64,000 bases of DNA from Microbotryum violaceum (taxonomy: Eukaryota), in assembly GCA_001244265.2 (NCBI GenBank), contig CDLV01000013.1:434001-498000 (forward strand). The letters run 5' to 3'. Under the pieces are notes generated by a model, which had not been told where the DNA came from, made no database searches, and saw only the letters and a program-made list of their open reading frames with translations. The translations under genes and the position numbers were made by a program. Of the stretch, positions 1 to 12,040 are shown in pieces (within the stretch, counting starts at the first letter, position 1; each line of letters opens with the position of its first letter).

Positions 1-806
1 CTTTGTCGCAACGACAGTATTTGCTCGATGTACTTGCAAGGTTCGGCATGGCGGATGCTAACAAAAGTGTATTACCAATGCAACCGGGTCTTCAGCTCAA
101 ACCCTGCGACACTCCGGATCCATCGTTACAGACGCAGTACAGGTCGGCGATTGGATCGTTGATGTACGCCGTCGTTGCAACTCGGCCTGATCTTGCATAC
201 CCGGTGTTGTACTTGACAAGATTCACGAACAAGGCGGGCAGCGACCATTGGGCGGCAGTTCTGAAGATCCTACGCTACATCAAGGGAACTCTCGAACTCG
301 GCGTTGTCTACAAGGCGAAACGTGATTCGTTGGTTGGATACGTGGGATACTCGGATTCAGACTGGGGTTCCTGCATCAACACATCCCGATCTACAATGGG
401 GCATGTCTTCAAGCTGGCTGACGGGACAATTTATTGGAGTTCTCGGATCCAGAGCCGAGTGGCGGCGTCATCAACGGAAGCGGAATACATCGGCTTTACT
501 CATGCGTCTCGAGAGTGTCAGTTCTTGAGAAATCTGCTCGCGGAATTGGAAATCACGATTTGTGGGCCGATCGAGCTGAAAGGCGACAATCAAGGCGCGA
601 TAGCTCTCACAAAGAACCCGGTGTTCCACGATCGAACTAAGCACCTACGCCTGACGGAGCATTTCGTTCGAGAACGGGTACGAGAAGGTGACATTGTCGT
701 TAACTATCTTCCAACCGCCGAGATGCTCGCCGACATGTTTACGAAGGCGATGCCGAGACCGGCACTAGAGCAGCACAGGGCGGCCATAGGGATGGGAATC
801 ATGTAG
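1..806 (+). mobile_element. Ty1/copia LTR retrotransposon pol 3' end (RT C-terminus + RNase H); 5' part outside window
   Basis: Open ORF 3-806 with copia motifs YRSAIGSLMY..TRPDL, ILRYIKGT, YSDSDWG, SSTEAEY, DNQGAI, HDRTKH, MLADMFTK; stop TAG at 804-806. Confidence 0.95.
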
Positions 807-811
807 GCCTT

Positions 812-977
812 AGAGCGAGGGGGGGTGTTGAGTTGACACTTGAGGAGTACACTCTGCAGGCTACATGAGCGCGAGCGCGCGCGGGCTTTCTCTTAGCTTC
901 CTTCTGATTCGAGCGTTCTAACGTATTGAACCACCTCGAATCAGACGCCGAGATTCTAGATTTTGCAGCGTGCAACA
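812..977 (+). mobile_element. Polypurine tract (812-825) and putative 3' LTR (826-~977)
   Basis: AGAGCGAGGGGGGG immediately followed by TGTTG at 826. Matching CAACA at 973-977. Internal 11-bp inverted repeat 903-913/935-945. Right boundary uncertain because the 5' LTR is outside the window. Confidence 0.6.
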
Positions 978-2662
978 CCATCCCGGCAATGTTGAGACTC
1001 TGAAGGTACTCGATTGAGAACGGTGATTCGTCTTCGTTTTGGACCAAATCCGCGCTGTAGAACGTTTGCGCGTCACCCGGGAGCACGTCGAGCACCATGA
1101 CGTTGATCTAATCCACCTGCGAATTTTTGGGAGCGAGGAGCGAGAATTGCTCGATCTCGGAAGTATTCGACTTTTTCGCCTATTGACTTATTGTCCAGTT
1201 CGAGCGCGGGGACGAGATAAACGTGTCTGATTAACCCGGATCTGTTCTTCGTGGTCGCCGGCAGGAGAAGCTCACGCGGGAGCGCGATAGAGTCTTCTGT
1301 TTTGTTCACCGAGTCGTCTCCAACTCCTAAGAGCCAATCTGCAAAGCCCTGTGCCTTTGGCCGTTCCGTTTCGGTCATGCGGTCTGCAGCGGCCAGAAGA
1401 CGCATGTTTGACTGCACTCGCACCGTGCCGCTGTTAGTAGGGTCTAAAAGTCAGGCAAGGACTACTTACAGAGAGATGCAGCGCCTCAACTTTCCCCCAG
1501 AAGTCAGCATTCATGATGCAAGCGTCGACTATTTGGGCAGGCCATGACTTGGGAATAAAGGGAAGGCATTGCTTCGGATCCCCTGTGATGTTACAGTTCA
1601 ACCGGTCAGTTAGTCATGCTGCAGTGCGCTTTGCTTTTGAACGATTGGCACACACCTGCCAACACGACGGTCACTCCACCAAACCGAGCCGTTGACGATC
1701 GCATATCTTGCAACATCCTGTCCACCAGCTGGAAACATTTACGGTGCTGCATCGGCGCCTCGTCCCAGACGATCAAGTCGCACATCCGATAAAGCTCGGC
1801 GAGCTGTCCTTGTTTTGGAACATTGCACGTAAGTCGTCGAAGATTTCGATCGGGATCTTAAACCTTGAATGTGCCGTTCTGCATTCTGGAAGTAGCAGTG
1901 CAACAGTACCCGATGATGCAACGGCAAGAGCGTATTTTCCCTCTGACCGAATCCGAGCAAGGACCGTTTTTTCCAAGAACGTTTTGCCTGTCCCTCCGGG
2001 AGCATCAACCAAAAAGACTTTTCCGCGGCTGTTTAAAGCGAGCCAAGAACTGTCTCAACAACAACGCGTTGTTCGGCGTTGCACGACTCGAAGTTATTCC
2101 TAGCAGCTCCGGGGGTGTGGCGCTGCCTGGGGTCGGTGATCTTTCGAACTCCCAGTGTAGAGCCGAACAGATCGGACATTGCAACGTCGTTGATCCAAGA
2201 TCGTGCCGGGGAAAAGGCCCTTCTGGCAACGGTAGCAGCGCAGTTGGGACGGTCTGGCCCGATCGCTCTCTTGCCCGCGGATCGTCGATCGACGACAGTT
2301 GTGGTTGAAGTCGCAGTTACGTCTGCACTTGAACCCGCGTCGCGAGAGGTCTGGAACTGCTTCAAAGCGTAGACAAACGAATCTCAAGCCCGGAGGTGAA
2401 GGACTGCAGTGCGGGCCCGCACTTGCCGTGCGACATTGAGACTGCCTGCTGCCTGTGCACATATGTGGGCAGCCGGGTTGGGGTCAGAACGTCAGGGGGG
2501 GGGGGCAAAACGATCCTTCGTGACTCGACTGTTTGAATCCCCGAACTTAACCCACGAACTTAACCCACGAACTTAACCCACGAACTTAACCCACGAACTT
2601 AACCCACGAACTTAACCCACGAACTTAACCCACGAACTTAACCCACGAACTTACGCGTAGGA
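978..2662 (-). mobile_element. Degenerate Helitron-like element with frameshifted PIF1-family helicase
   Basis: Minus-strand fragments in several frames: RHDLG..CPICSALHWEFER (Helitron N-terminal Cys/His motif), NAEQR, DAPGGTGKT (Walker A), AVASSG..LL...[61 protein letters not shown]. Candidate 5' end A|TC at 2663/2662 is tentative. Confidence 0.85.
2542..2653. repeat. Perfect 13-bp minisatellite (CGAACTTAACCCA)x8.6
   Basis: Eight exact copies plus an 8-bp partial copy, read directly from the sequence. Confidence 0.97.
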
Positions 2663-3263
2663 TGATGCTGCACTCGCTTTCAACAGGGGATGCAATGGAA
2701 TAAATGACTGCACCTGACAAGCGCTGAAACAAAAAGAGCGTCTCCTGTGGACTCATGGACACAACCAAAGCGCAGACAACGTTTGAGAGCAGTTTTCAAG
2801 ATTTGATGTTGCTGGTGTGCGCACAGCCTCCGGGGGGATCGTTGTCCGGCCTTCAAGTTGTCTTCCAAGCTCGATAACCGTCGAGCGGATGCGCGAGTAG
2901 AAGAGGACACTCTTACATGATGTTTGTAGTGTTAGCGACGTGTAGCCAATTTACGGCCCTAGCACGTCCTTAGCTGAGCCCCAGGTAGCAAACGAAGGGA
3001 ATTGCCAAAATCGGAACGCACAGATCCCCTTCCTTTGTTCACCTACTAAGTGCCTCAGCGGATACCTCTCTACTTCATTCGCTACTATTCTCACTCAACC
3101 CCCCCACGATCGATATACCAATTTTCAAGGTCATACAATCACAGCCATCTGCTACTCGTCTTGTCTCAAGACCTCACTGTGAGTGCTCAGCGATCTCCGA
3201 CGCGGGCTTCGATAAGCGCCGGAAGTCAAATTTCCAGCACTGAACTGGTGACCTCTGCAGACA

Positions 3264-4745
3264 ATGTCTGTCGGCCTCTGCGACGAACTCGATTCAATCT
3301 ATCGCCGCTTTGGTTCATCATACGACGAGAACGGAGCTCAAGAAACCTTTAGCCAGCTGCAAAGTCTCTTGACACGCCTGGCCAGAGAAATATCGTCGGG
3401 AACCTTGCCCCCAGACGCAGTGTCGGCCTGCGTAGTAGATAAGGTGCGACAGATCAACATTGTCTCGCATCAGCTCAGCTGTCTTGAATCAGAATCCGTC
3501 GAAATAGAAGCGGCAGCCAAGCTCGAAGTTTCTGAGCTGCTACACGGGCTCATCGGCAAGGTCGGAACTACTCCGTTGAATCAAGACGAGGACTTTTCTG
3601 AAGACTCCACCTCGCAAGAAGAGGACCGTTCGATCTTGCGTTATCGTGCGTTTTTCCCAGAGCACATCTCCTGGCCGTACCCATCGCCTTCGGAAGGTGA
3701 ACAGCTCTTAGCAGCCGTGCCTGCCCATAATCGTGCGCAGCTTTCGAACTGGTTCGTCAACTCACGTCGTCGATCAGAATGGTCGGCGCTCCCTCGAAAT
3801 TTCGGTGTCGGGACGAAGGAAGGAATGGAAGAGCTCATCAGACGAGTTGAATCAGGGCACGGAAGCGAGGAAGAATCAGAGTCCGTCGATAAAGTCCGCA
3901 AGTACTTCGAGGACGACGGCAGCTTGACGATCAGACCGGACTTGAAGGAGATGGTGGAGAAGATAGAGAGGGAGATGAAGAGACAATGTCCCAGCAGGAA
4001 GAGGAAGCTCTCAAATCGGACTGAGGTATGGGTGGACACACCAAAGAGGAAGCGGTCATCGAGTGGCTCCAGGTTGGCGAGCGAGGGGTCGTCGCCGAGC
4101 GAGAGGTCGTCGTCGAGCGAAGGGTCACGGTCGACTCTTGCATCCAGTCCGACCTTCCACTCGTCTTCAACCCTCAATCCTTTCGAAGATCTCAAGATGA
4201 AGTTCTACCAACCCCAGCCGCTTCCACGTGGTCTACAAGCTCACCATTCGTGCGTCGATTCGCCCGCTGCCTCCGAGTATCCAAACGCCGGCGTCCCCGC
4301 GTCACGCCGATGTGTTTCAGATTCTCGGTCTCACACCTCGCCCAACAGGTCAACACCACCTTACCGCTCCGTCTCATCTTCGTTTGCACTTGGAATGGAG
4401 TCGACGCTTGCCGGCTCCTTGATGATGCCGATCGATCCGGATTTTCTCACGACTTGTCCCACGGCCGGCTCGGCTTGGAACGGCGGTGAATCTCTTAAGA
4501 CTTCGGATTATCGATTCGCCTCGACTTCTTCCTCCACGCTGGGAGCGGACCACTCGGATGAAAGGAGTCTTAACACGACGACGACGAGCAATACGTGGTA
4601 CGAGACGCTGCAAGACGATCGATGGACTGACTTGTACCCGTGGCTCGGACGGACTGGAAGCGATTCTCTGAGCGGCCTCGATATGTTTGGTCAGGACGAA
4701 GAGGTGAACTGGCTGATGGGGACTGAGCTGGTGGGGCTGTGTTGA
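3264..4745 (+). CDS. HD1: HD1-class (TALE-like) homeodomain mating-type transcription factor
   Basis: 493-aa ORF with a ~120-aa helical N-terminal region, homeodomain EHISWPYPS...QLSNWFVNSRRRSEW (~3624-3782), basic NLS-like tracts (RKRK, PKRKR) and a Ser-rich/acidic tail. Probable 5'UTR intron GTGAGT(3179)..CAG(3260). Confidence 0.85.
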   Translation: MSVGLCDELDSIYRRFGSSYDENGAQETFSQLQSLLTRLAREISSGTLPPDAVSACVVDKVRQINIVSHQLSCLESESVEIEAAAKLEVSELLHGLIGKVGTTPLNQDEDFSEDSTSQEEDRSILRYRAFFPEHISWPYPSPSEGEQLLAAVPAHNRAQLSNWFVNSRRRSEWSALPRNFGVGTKEGMEELIRRVESGHGSEEESESVDKVRKYFEDDGSLTIRPDLKEMVEKIEREMKRQCPSRKRKLSNRTEVWVDTPKRKRSSSGSRLASEGSSPSERSSSSEGSRSTLASSPTFHSSSTLNPFEDLKMKFYQPQPLPRGLQAHHSCVDSPAASEYPNAGVPASRRCVSDSRSHTSPNRSTPPYRSVSSSFALGMESTLAGSLMMPIDPDFLTTCPTAGSAWNGGESLKTSDYRFASTSSSTLGADHSDERSLNTTTTSNTWYETLQDDRWTDLYPWLGRTGSDSLSGLDMFGQDEEVNWLMGTELVGLC

Positions 4746-5273
4746 CGTTGTGACCGGGACGATACAGAGTGATAATATCGTCTCTTTACTGTGAATTGTC
4801 TGTCACGTACCCGCTTTTGGACCTTTTAAGTGCTTTAGATCGCTGCAAACGTGGGCTCAGGTTCATGATCTAAACCCCAGTTTTTTATCGTGCTTTCCAC
4901 CATCTGGAAGTGGTACAGCTCAGCATATACAGCGATCGGGTTTTCCATTCAGTTGCTCTCTTTTTCAGTGATTTATCGACTGTCATAACGAGTATACCCG
5001 ATGCACTACGCAGTTGCTCGAACCGACGAAAATACAACAGCCGAGAGGTGAGCTTGAGCTCGGACCCTGCCGCCGGTCTCCACGTCGTCTTCTTGTCGTT
5101 CACAGTTCTTCACGGTCCCATCTCTTCAGAGCTTGCTGGTTCAAGCTCACGCGTGATCCAACTGCGACAGTCCACCTTGACGGTCCACAGAAGTCCTACG
5201 CCCCGAACCCATCAGACACGTCGCTGCACACCAGGGTTCCAACCTTGATCACACCGTCGCAGCCGTCATCGTC

Positions 5274-6722
5274 ATGTCGGATTCAGCGGTGGCCGTGCCC
5301 AAGCCGGTAAATCCGCGATTAATATTGCTGTCGCCAAAGCGATATATCGAGCCCTTTGTCCTTGTCGCATCCTCCTGCTCGGCCATAGCAGCTCGGTTAT
5401 GCACACATCCTCGTACGTGCCTCTCCACCGCCGAGCTGCTCGGGAACCCACCGCGGCCTGCGAAGCTCATTCTCCGGTTGTTCCCCCTTTCACGGCTCGG
5501 TTGCAGTGGACACACTTCGCATTCGAATCCAAACCGCACCGGGAAGGACAGTACCACCTCTCGAGGAGCTTATACCCCATCCGAGGGTGAAGACGTTGTA
5601 TGCTGGTCAGTCAAGAGCTTCTCGCAGCTCGTTCGAGGCGATCCTGTCTAACTGTAGTCGACTCGAGTTCTTGACTTGACAGGTCTTCCGGTCGCGATCG
5701 CCTTTTCCGTTCCGGCGCTTTCGGTCTATCTCATGACATATGAAGGTCCGTTGTGACCGTTTCGTAGAGCTCCGGAAAAGGTGATGTGCTGACGGTTTCG
5801 TCGTTCCTGTCGTTTCAGCCTCGAAACGATATCTCGCCGAGCAACTCTTGCCGCCCGGCGTCAAGCCGACGGTCTTGCAACAGATGCCCGTTTTCATGCT
5901 ATCTGGATTGGCCGCCGAATGTGAGACTCATCTCGAGTCGTGAAAGTCGTTGACGACGAGCGAACAACTGAATTAGGCCGAAATACCTCTCCCACCGAAT
6001 GATAGTCGCCTCCGGAGCGATCTGGACACCGATGGATGTGATGAAGGCTCGGTTACAAAAAGGTGGTGAAGGGACAACATCCGCTTCAAAGCTGTTACGC
6101 AAGATCTGGAAGGAGGAAGGGTACCGAGGTGAGCGATCAATGGACTAAGCCGCGGCCGGAATCGACGGGCACGTGACTGACATCGGCGCTTCGTCGTGGT
6201 GGTGGTAACACAGGTGTCTTCCGTGGATATTGGCTGTCGAACGCCATTTTTGTGCCTTATATTTCATTTTATTGGTTCCTCTACGAGTCGTTCAAGCTCC
6301 GCTTCATCCCCAACTACGACCCCTATCACACCAACAAATCCGCACCAAATGCCGAGACGACTTCTTCAAGTGGTGGTCTACCACTGACGGCAAGATACAC
6401 CTTATGCTCAGTCTCGGCGTGCGCCGTGGCCGTCAGTGTAACGAACCCCATCGAGCTGGTGCAGTCGAGGTGGCAGACGAGTCGGGGTTTAGCTAGGGAT
6501 GGGATCGGTGGGATCGTCAAGGAGCTGTGGAGGATGGGCGGGCCGAAAGCTTTTGCTCGGGGTTTGGGGATCAGGATCGCTTATGCGGTGAGTCAGGGCT
6601 GTGGTTGGTGGTATGATTCTCATATATGGGATAACTGAAAGAGATTGTTGGCATTCCAGATCCCGTCCAACGCCATCTCGATGACGACGTACGAGAGCAT
6701 GAAGCGATGGAAGGGGATATGA
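5274..6722 (+). CDS. Mitochondrial carrier family (SLC25) protein, multi-exon
   Basis: Three carrier signatures across exons: THP-x-DTLRIRIQ, WTPMDVMKARLQ, TNPIELVQSRWQ; also IWKEEGYR and IPSNAISMTTYE; stop TGA at 6720-6722. Confidence 0.88.
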
Positions 6723-7005
6723 ATGTGCGAATTTTTATGTGAAGTGTTCTCGCCGAAGCCCAAGTTTCATAGACGAATATTATAGCATAGCATATAACAG
6801 CATCTTGTTGTAACTCTAGACGTGCCCGCCGTCCCTCCCATAGTCCGCGCCCCTATAGCCTCCGCCGATCGAGAACAAGGGGCCGCTGAAGGCTGGAATA
6901 GGAGAACCTCATGTCTCGTATCTTGAGCCAACATTCGACCGCTTCGCGCGGGTCTTAATAGTCCTTCTACGACATGGCACACAACCTAACTCACTTTGAA
7001 AGGTG

Positions 7006-8096
7006 ATGTCATCCATTCACCCTTATGCTCGACTTACAATTTACTACCTCGTGCACACCACGATCGTACTCGTCAGCTTGCTCTCGCTTGCACTGACACT
7101 GACCCGGGCGTTCCTCGAGCTCCTCAATGGCGGTCTCGGGATTCTCCAAGTCACACTACGCTACGCTTCCAAGCATCTCGAAGACCACGAGTGTGCGACA
7201 GAGGCATGGAGGGATATAGGACGAGAGGAATTGAAGGTGCGAAAGACAGGCTGGAAGTGGCCCTCGAACGGTGCCGAGGTCATGGGTGCTTTCAAGGGGG
7301 CCGGGTCGATGGTCAGGGTCGTCGATGATGGGATGGAGCAGGTTATGGCCAGGGAAATCATGAAGAACCGGGAAGTCAAATCGGGTCCACAACGTCAAGC
7401 CCGGGAAGAGATGCTTACTCTGCGGAAAGCGGTGGGTGCCGAACCGCCGGGCAAAGGGGGACTTGGTTCGTACGCCGGTGAGTCCATCACATGTCGAGTG
7501 CTTGCAGCTTCCACTGATCATAGTCACGGGGCTTCAGACAATACCACACCTCGTCTTCATAGCCGCGAAGGCCGTGTACCACCGTACACTCAACCGTATA
7601 TCGCCCCTCAGATCCAACAACCTCTCGAATACGTTATGCCGATTCGTTCCAGAACGGTCGAGGAAACTGTCCATGGTGAGGCTTCGTGCTGGTCTACCTA
7701 CGGTGCTCCACTCAAGAGCATATGATTGACATGCTGCCTCGCACACGTCCTTGGCCACTTGAAAGGATCTCTTCCAGCTTTCGTCCATCGCGAACCCCGA
7801 ACCCTTGCTGAGCCTCGTACACGCCACAGTACGTAGTGCTACGCGTCGCTCCGTTGCTGGAAGCCTTTCATCGAATGGGTTTTTCTCCGAGCCTTTCACA
7901 GACTCGGCGCCTCTTGAGCACCGTAGAGAGGTTGTCAGGGAAGGAGGTTGCATTTGGACGGCGGCGGGGCAGTGGGAGAGAATATGACGGAAGATGATGC
8001 CAGAGAGTACGTCGACTGTATTTATGTGTGGATAAGGGCGACGCATCAGTTTTGATCACTTTGGAAACTGAAGCCGAAAGTCTGCAGAGCTTGTGA
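7006..8096 (+). CDS. Hypothetical protein with N-terminal hydrophobic segment; 3' end uncertain
   Basis: ATG at 7006, hydrophobic N-terminus (IYYLVHTTIVLVSLLSLAL), GTGAG donors near 7478 and 7676; no recognised family. Confidence 0.3.
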
Positions 8097-8472
8097 CTCG
8101 GACTCGGTGATGTTCGGCAAGTGCCCAAGTGCGATTTTGCGCCGAGGCAAGAATATTCGTCAGCAAAGCAAGAGGTGGCCGACGGAACTGTTTATGATAT
8201 GGTCATTTCTTGTCATTTCTTGAACAATTGATGAGGACCGAGGGTACCACTGTGAAAGCGACCAAGTGATATTTATCCGCAAAACCCCGAGTCAAAGTCA
8301 AGAGGATCGACCGGCGTCTCTGAAACCCGGAGTTGGGCTCGGCGCGCGCGGTCAATCTCCGGGCTTGTGTCTCTCGGCTTCTCTCTTCCTTCCTTATTAC
8401 CGATCCGCGCTGACGAGCACTCGTCTTGCTCGGTCATCGTCTTTTCGCCTTGCCCGAAGAGATTTCACCAGG

Positions 8473-9783
8473 ATGAGCACCGGATCAGTAGTCCACTCTT
8501 TGCGTACGGCTTTCCGCTCGCACCAAAGCTGGACTGGCCCCGTGGCTTCGACATCTCGTCTGATCAGCTTGGTCGCTCCGTTGACCGCGTCGGCTGGGGC
8601 TGACTCGGTCGCGCCGGCCAAGGCCGCAAGGACGACCACGACCGCAACCGCCGGTGCTCGCGATTTCGTAGCATGCACATGCAACCCCACACGCTCGGCT
8701 GCGATGCAGACCAGGTCCTACAGCAGTAGGCCTACCCCACGTGCTGGTAAGATACAACCCGCATCTCATCTCTTGATCAGCTAGCCGTGGCTCATTCCCC
8801 CACCTCCCAACTTCGTAGCCTCGTCGCCGTCGTCGGCTGCACCCCGTCGCAAGCGCACCATCATGGACCTCGACAAGCTCAAGCGTCAAGGAATACCTAT
8901 CACCGTGCTCACCGCGCATGACTATTCTTCGGCGCGCTTCATCGAGTCCTCCCATGCGTCAGCCCCCAGTTCTTCGTCGGCCGAGCCCGGCACCGCTTCC
9001 TCGGCAGCCACCTCACCTCGAGGAATCGATGTATGTCTTGTCGGCGACTCCCTCGCCATGGTCGCATGCGGGTACCCATCCACGACCGACCTCTCGCTCG
9101 ACGAAATGCTTTACCACTGCCGCTCCGTCGCGCGGGGTTGCCACTCGTCCTTACTCGTCGCCGATCTCCCCTTTGGCACCTTCCACACCTCGCCCGAGCA
9201 ATGCAGTCAGAGTGCAGTCCGTTTGATCCAAGAAGGGCAGATGGATGCCGTCAAGTTGGAAGGCGGCCAAGAGGTCGCGGATCTGGTCCAGCGCCTCACC
9301 TCGCGAGGAATACCCGTCATGGGTCACGTTGGTTTGACCCCGCAACGACAAGCCTCGTTGTCGGGCTATCGAGTGCAGGGCAAGACCGTCACCTCTGCGT
9401 TGAAGGTCTACCAAGACGCTTTGGCCATTCAAGCCGCGGGCGCCTTTGCCATAGTCATCGAGGCCGTACCCTCCCGTCTCGCAGCCTTCATCTCGCAACG
9501 TCTTCACGTCCCTACGATCGGCATCGGAGGAGGCAAAGACTGCGACGGACAGGTCTTGGTCCAACTCGACATGTTAGGCGTATCCTCCCTCGCCAAGGGG
9601 CCCAGGTTCTTGAAAAAGTACGCCGAATGGGAACCTCAAGCGACGCAAGCGATCCGTCAATACGTGTCCGAGGTCAGGGAGCGCTCCTTCCCCGTCGAGG
9701 AGGAACATGGGTACCCCATGCCCGATGAAGAGTGGCAAGGTTTCTTGGAAGCTGTAGGCGAGACAGGCGAACCCCAAAAGTGA
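8473..9783 (+). CDS. ECM31: Ketopantoate hydroxymethyltransferase (PanB) with mitochondrial presequence-like exon 1
   Basis: LTAHDY, LVGDSLAMV, VADLPFG, AVKLEGG, VMGHVGLTPQ, PTIGIGGG..CDGQVLV..DMLG motifs; Arg/Ser/Thr-rich N-terminal exon. Confidence 0.95.
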
Positions 9784-9926
9784 AAAGATCGAGATCCGTG
9801 AACGTCGACCGACTCGGGAACAAACCGTTTCGACTTTCTAGGGTAGTACAGAGAAGGAAGAAGTAAAAGAAAGGGACACGAGCCCACAGTGGCGTAAACT
9901 ATAAAAGCCAAGCCATTTTAATAATA

Positions 9927-12040
9927 TCACAACTGCGGCACAGCATGTCCGTCCGCTCTCGGATCCGAACCCCCGGCCCAGACCCCATTCGAGAGCTTTT
10001 GAATGATCTGTCAGAGGTAGACAGCGAAGCGAGAGCTAGCATTAGTTCCAACATATACTATTTGTGGTCCCATAATAAAGCGATTCGAAGGACTGACCTG
10101 ACCCCGACCAAACATGGCCCGATCGTGACCCTTGAGCAATCTCACATCATGCCCCATCTTCTTGAGCTTGTCGAATGTTGCCTCGGGAATCCCATATTCC
10201 AGGAAGACTTCGGAATTGATATCCCCCGCATCCTCAGGGTTGACACTCGAGTCCGGTAGACCTGCACCGATGCAGATCCTCGGTGCATCGATCGCTTCTT
10301 GCGGATCGTGGCCGTGGTGGAGCATGTTGAGCAGGACTTGGAGCTGGCCTTGGGGTTGGTTGAATCCCCCCATCACGCCAAATGCCATGAAGAGGTCCAA
10401 GCCCTCGTCTTCTTTGTTTCCTCGGGTTACGAGGGCGGGGATGATGGTGTGGTAAGGTCGTTTCCCGCCCTGTGCAGTCAGTGTCAAGGAATTAGCTGGG
10501 CCGGTCTTCACTTCCTCCGGCCAGGGCAGAGTTTGCGCCTACCTCGGCGCAGTTGGGATGACCCTCGACGAGTGTAAAGCTGCTACCTCTGTTCTGCAGA
10601 GTGAAACCGCACCCCTTGGGGACGGCGGATGTACCAAATCCTGCATAGTTGGACTGGATGTACGACATCGCGTTTCCCTCGGCATCCGCAACGCTAAACT
10701 GCACTGTGTCGCTCGAAGCGAAAGGGGCACCCTTTTTGATGATGGGGTTCGCCTTCTCGGGATCAAACAAGGCCGCACGTTGAGTGAGATAATCCTTGCT
10801 CAGCAACTCCTTGATAGAGACTCGCATCTTTTCCGGATCGGCGACGTAGGCTCGGGCGTCTGCAAAGGCTAGACGAAGGACCTCGATGATGACATGAAGC
10901 CACTCGGGCGAGTTGTGGTCCGCTTTAGACATGTCGACCTTACCCGTGTCTTGCAAGATGTCGACGATACCCAGAGCGATGAGTGCAACAATTCCTTGTC
11001 CGTTGGGAGGGATCTCCCAAAGTCTGACCCCTTCGTGACCACCGTACGACATGGAGATGGGATCGACCTGAGTACTCGTATGAGAACTGAGATCTTCAAG
11101 GGTCATTTCTCCGCCGCCGTCCTTAATGATGTCGACGATGGCTTGGGTGATGCGGCCTTTGTAAAAACCGTCCTTTCCCGCGTTGATGAGCTCACGGAAG
11201 GTTTGAGCAAGAGTGGGGTTCTTGTAGATTTCGCCTGCTCGCGGTGCATGGGTTTTTTTCGTTTCGGGGTCCATGATGAGCATCTCGGCACTGTTCGGAG
11301 AGGCTCGAACCAGGTGCCGGTAAGCGTGATGCCACTGGTGCGCCGAGATCGAAGAGATGGGAACTCTATAGCTCGAAACAGCACAGTCTTAGAGAGTCAG
11401 TACAAGAGCACCTAAGACACGGCCAGAATGAGCAAATACTTGCCCTTCCTCGGCCATTTTGATCGCCGGCTCGAGCGCCTCCTTGATGGTGATCTTCCCC
11501 GAGCCATAGAGCTCGATAGTATCAATCCACGCAGCAGCACAGCCCGGAACAGTGACGCTATGTAGTTTAGACACGTCAGATCAGAATTACCCCACCTAGA
11601 ACTGAGTTCCTCAGAGCATCGACCTCGGTGATATCCGGAGAATAGCTCACTCACGCGTTAAGGTTGCCTAGCGGGATCTCGGCACCCTTGATGCCCTTCT
11701 TCCTCAGTCCTTCCAAGGTCAAAGCCTGGGGTGCTCTCCCACTCCCGTTCAGCCCCTTGACCTGCTTGGCCTTGGCATCGTACCAGAGGCAAAACGCGTC
11801 ACCACCGATTCCACATGACCCCGGTTCGGTGACGTTCAACGCCGCCGAAACAGCCACCGCAGCATCAGCGGCATTACCTCCCTGACGGAGGATCGCAAGA
11901 CCGGCTTCACATGCATAAGGTTGCGATGCCGAGACCATCCCTTTGGCCGAGTAGACGGTAGAACGCCGCGACGAGAAACGCGCAAACTCGCTTTGCCCTG
12001 AGGCGGGGAGCGAAAGGGGTAGGTGCAGATTGCGAGTCAT
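9927..12040 (-). CDS. Gamma-glutamyltranspeptidase family protein, multi-exon
   Basis: [44 protein letters not shown](nucleophile)[47 protein letters not shown]; stop at 9927-9929. Confidence 0.93.

Noticed and set aside
2542-2653. Repeat array as a CRISPR
   Set aside because: Contiguous 13-bp units with no spacers, no cas genes, eukaryotic context.
4910-5250. Separate small gene upstream of the mitochondrial carrier
   Set aside because: No clear ATG-led product; the intron-like GTGAGC..CAG is more simply a 5'UTR intron.
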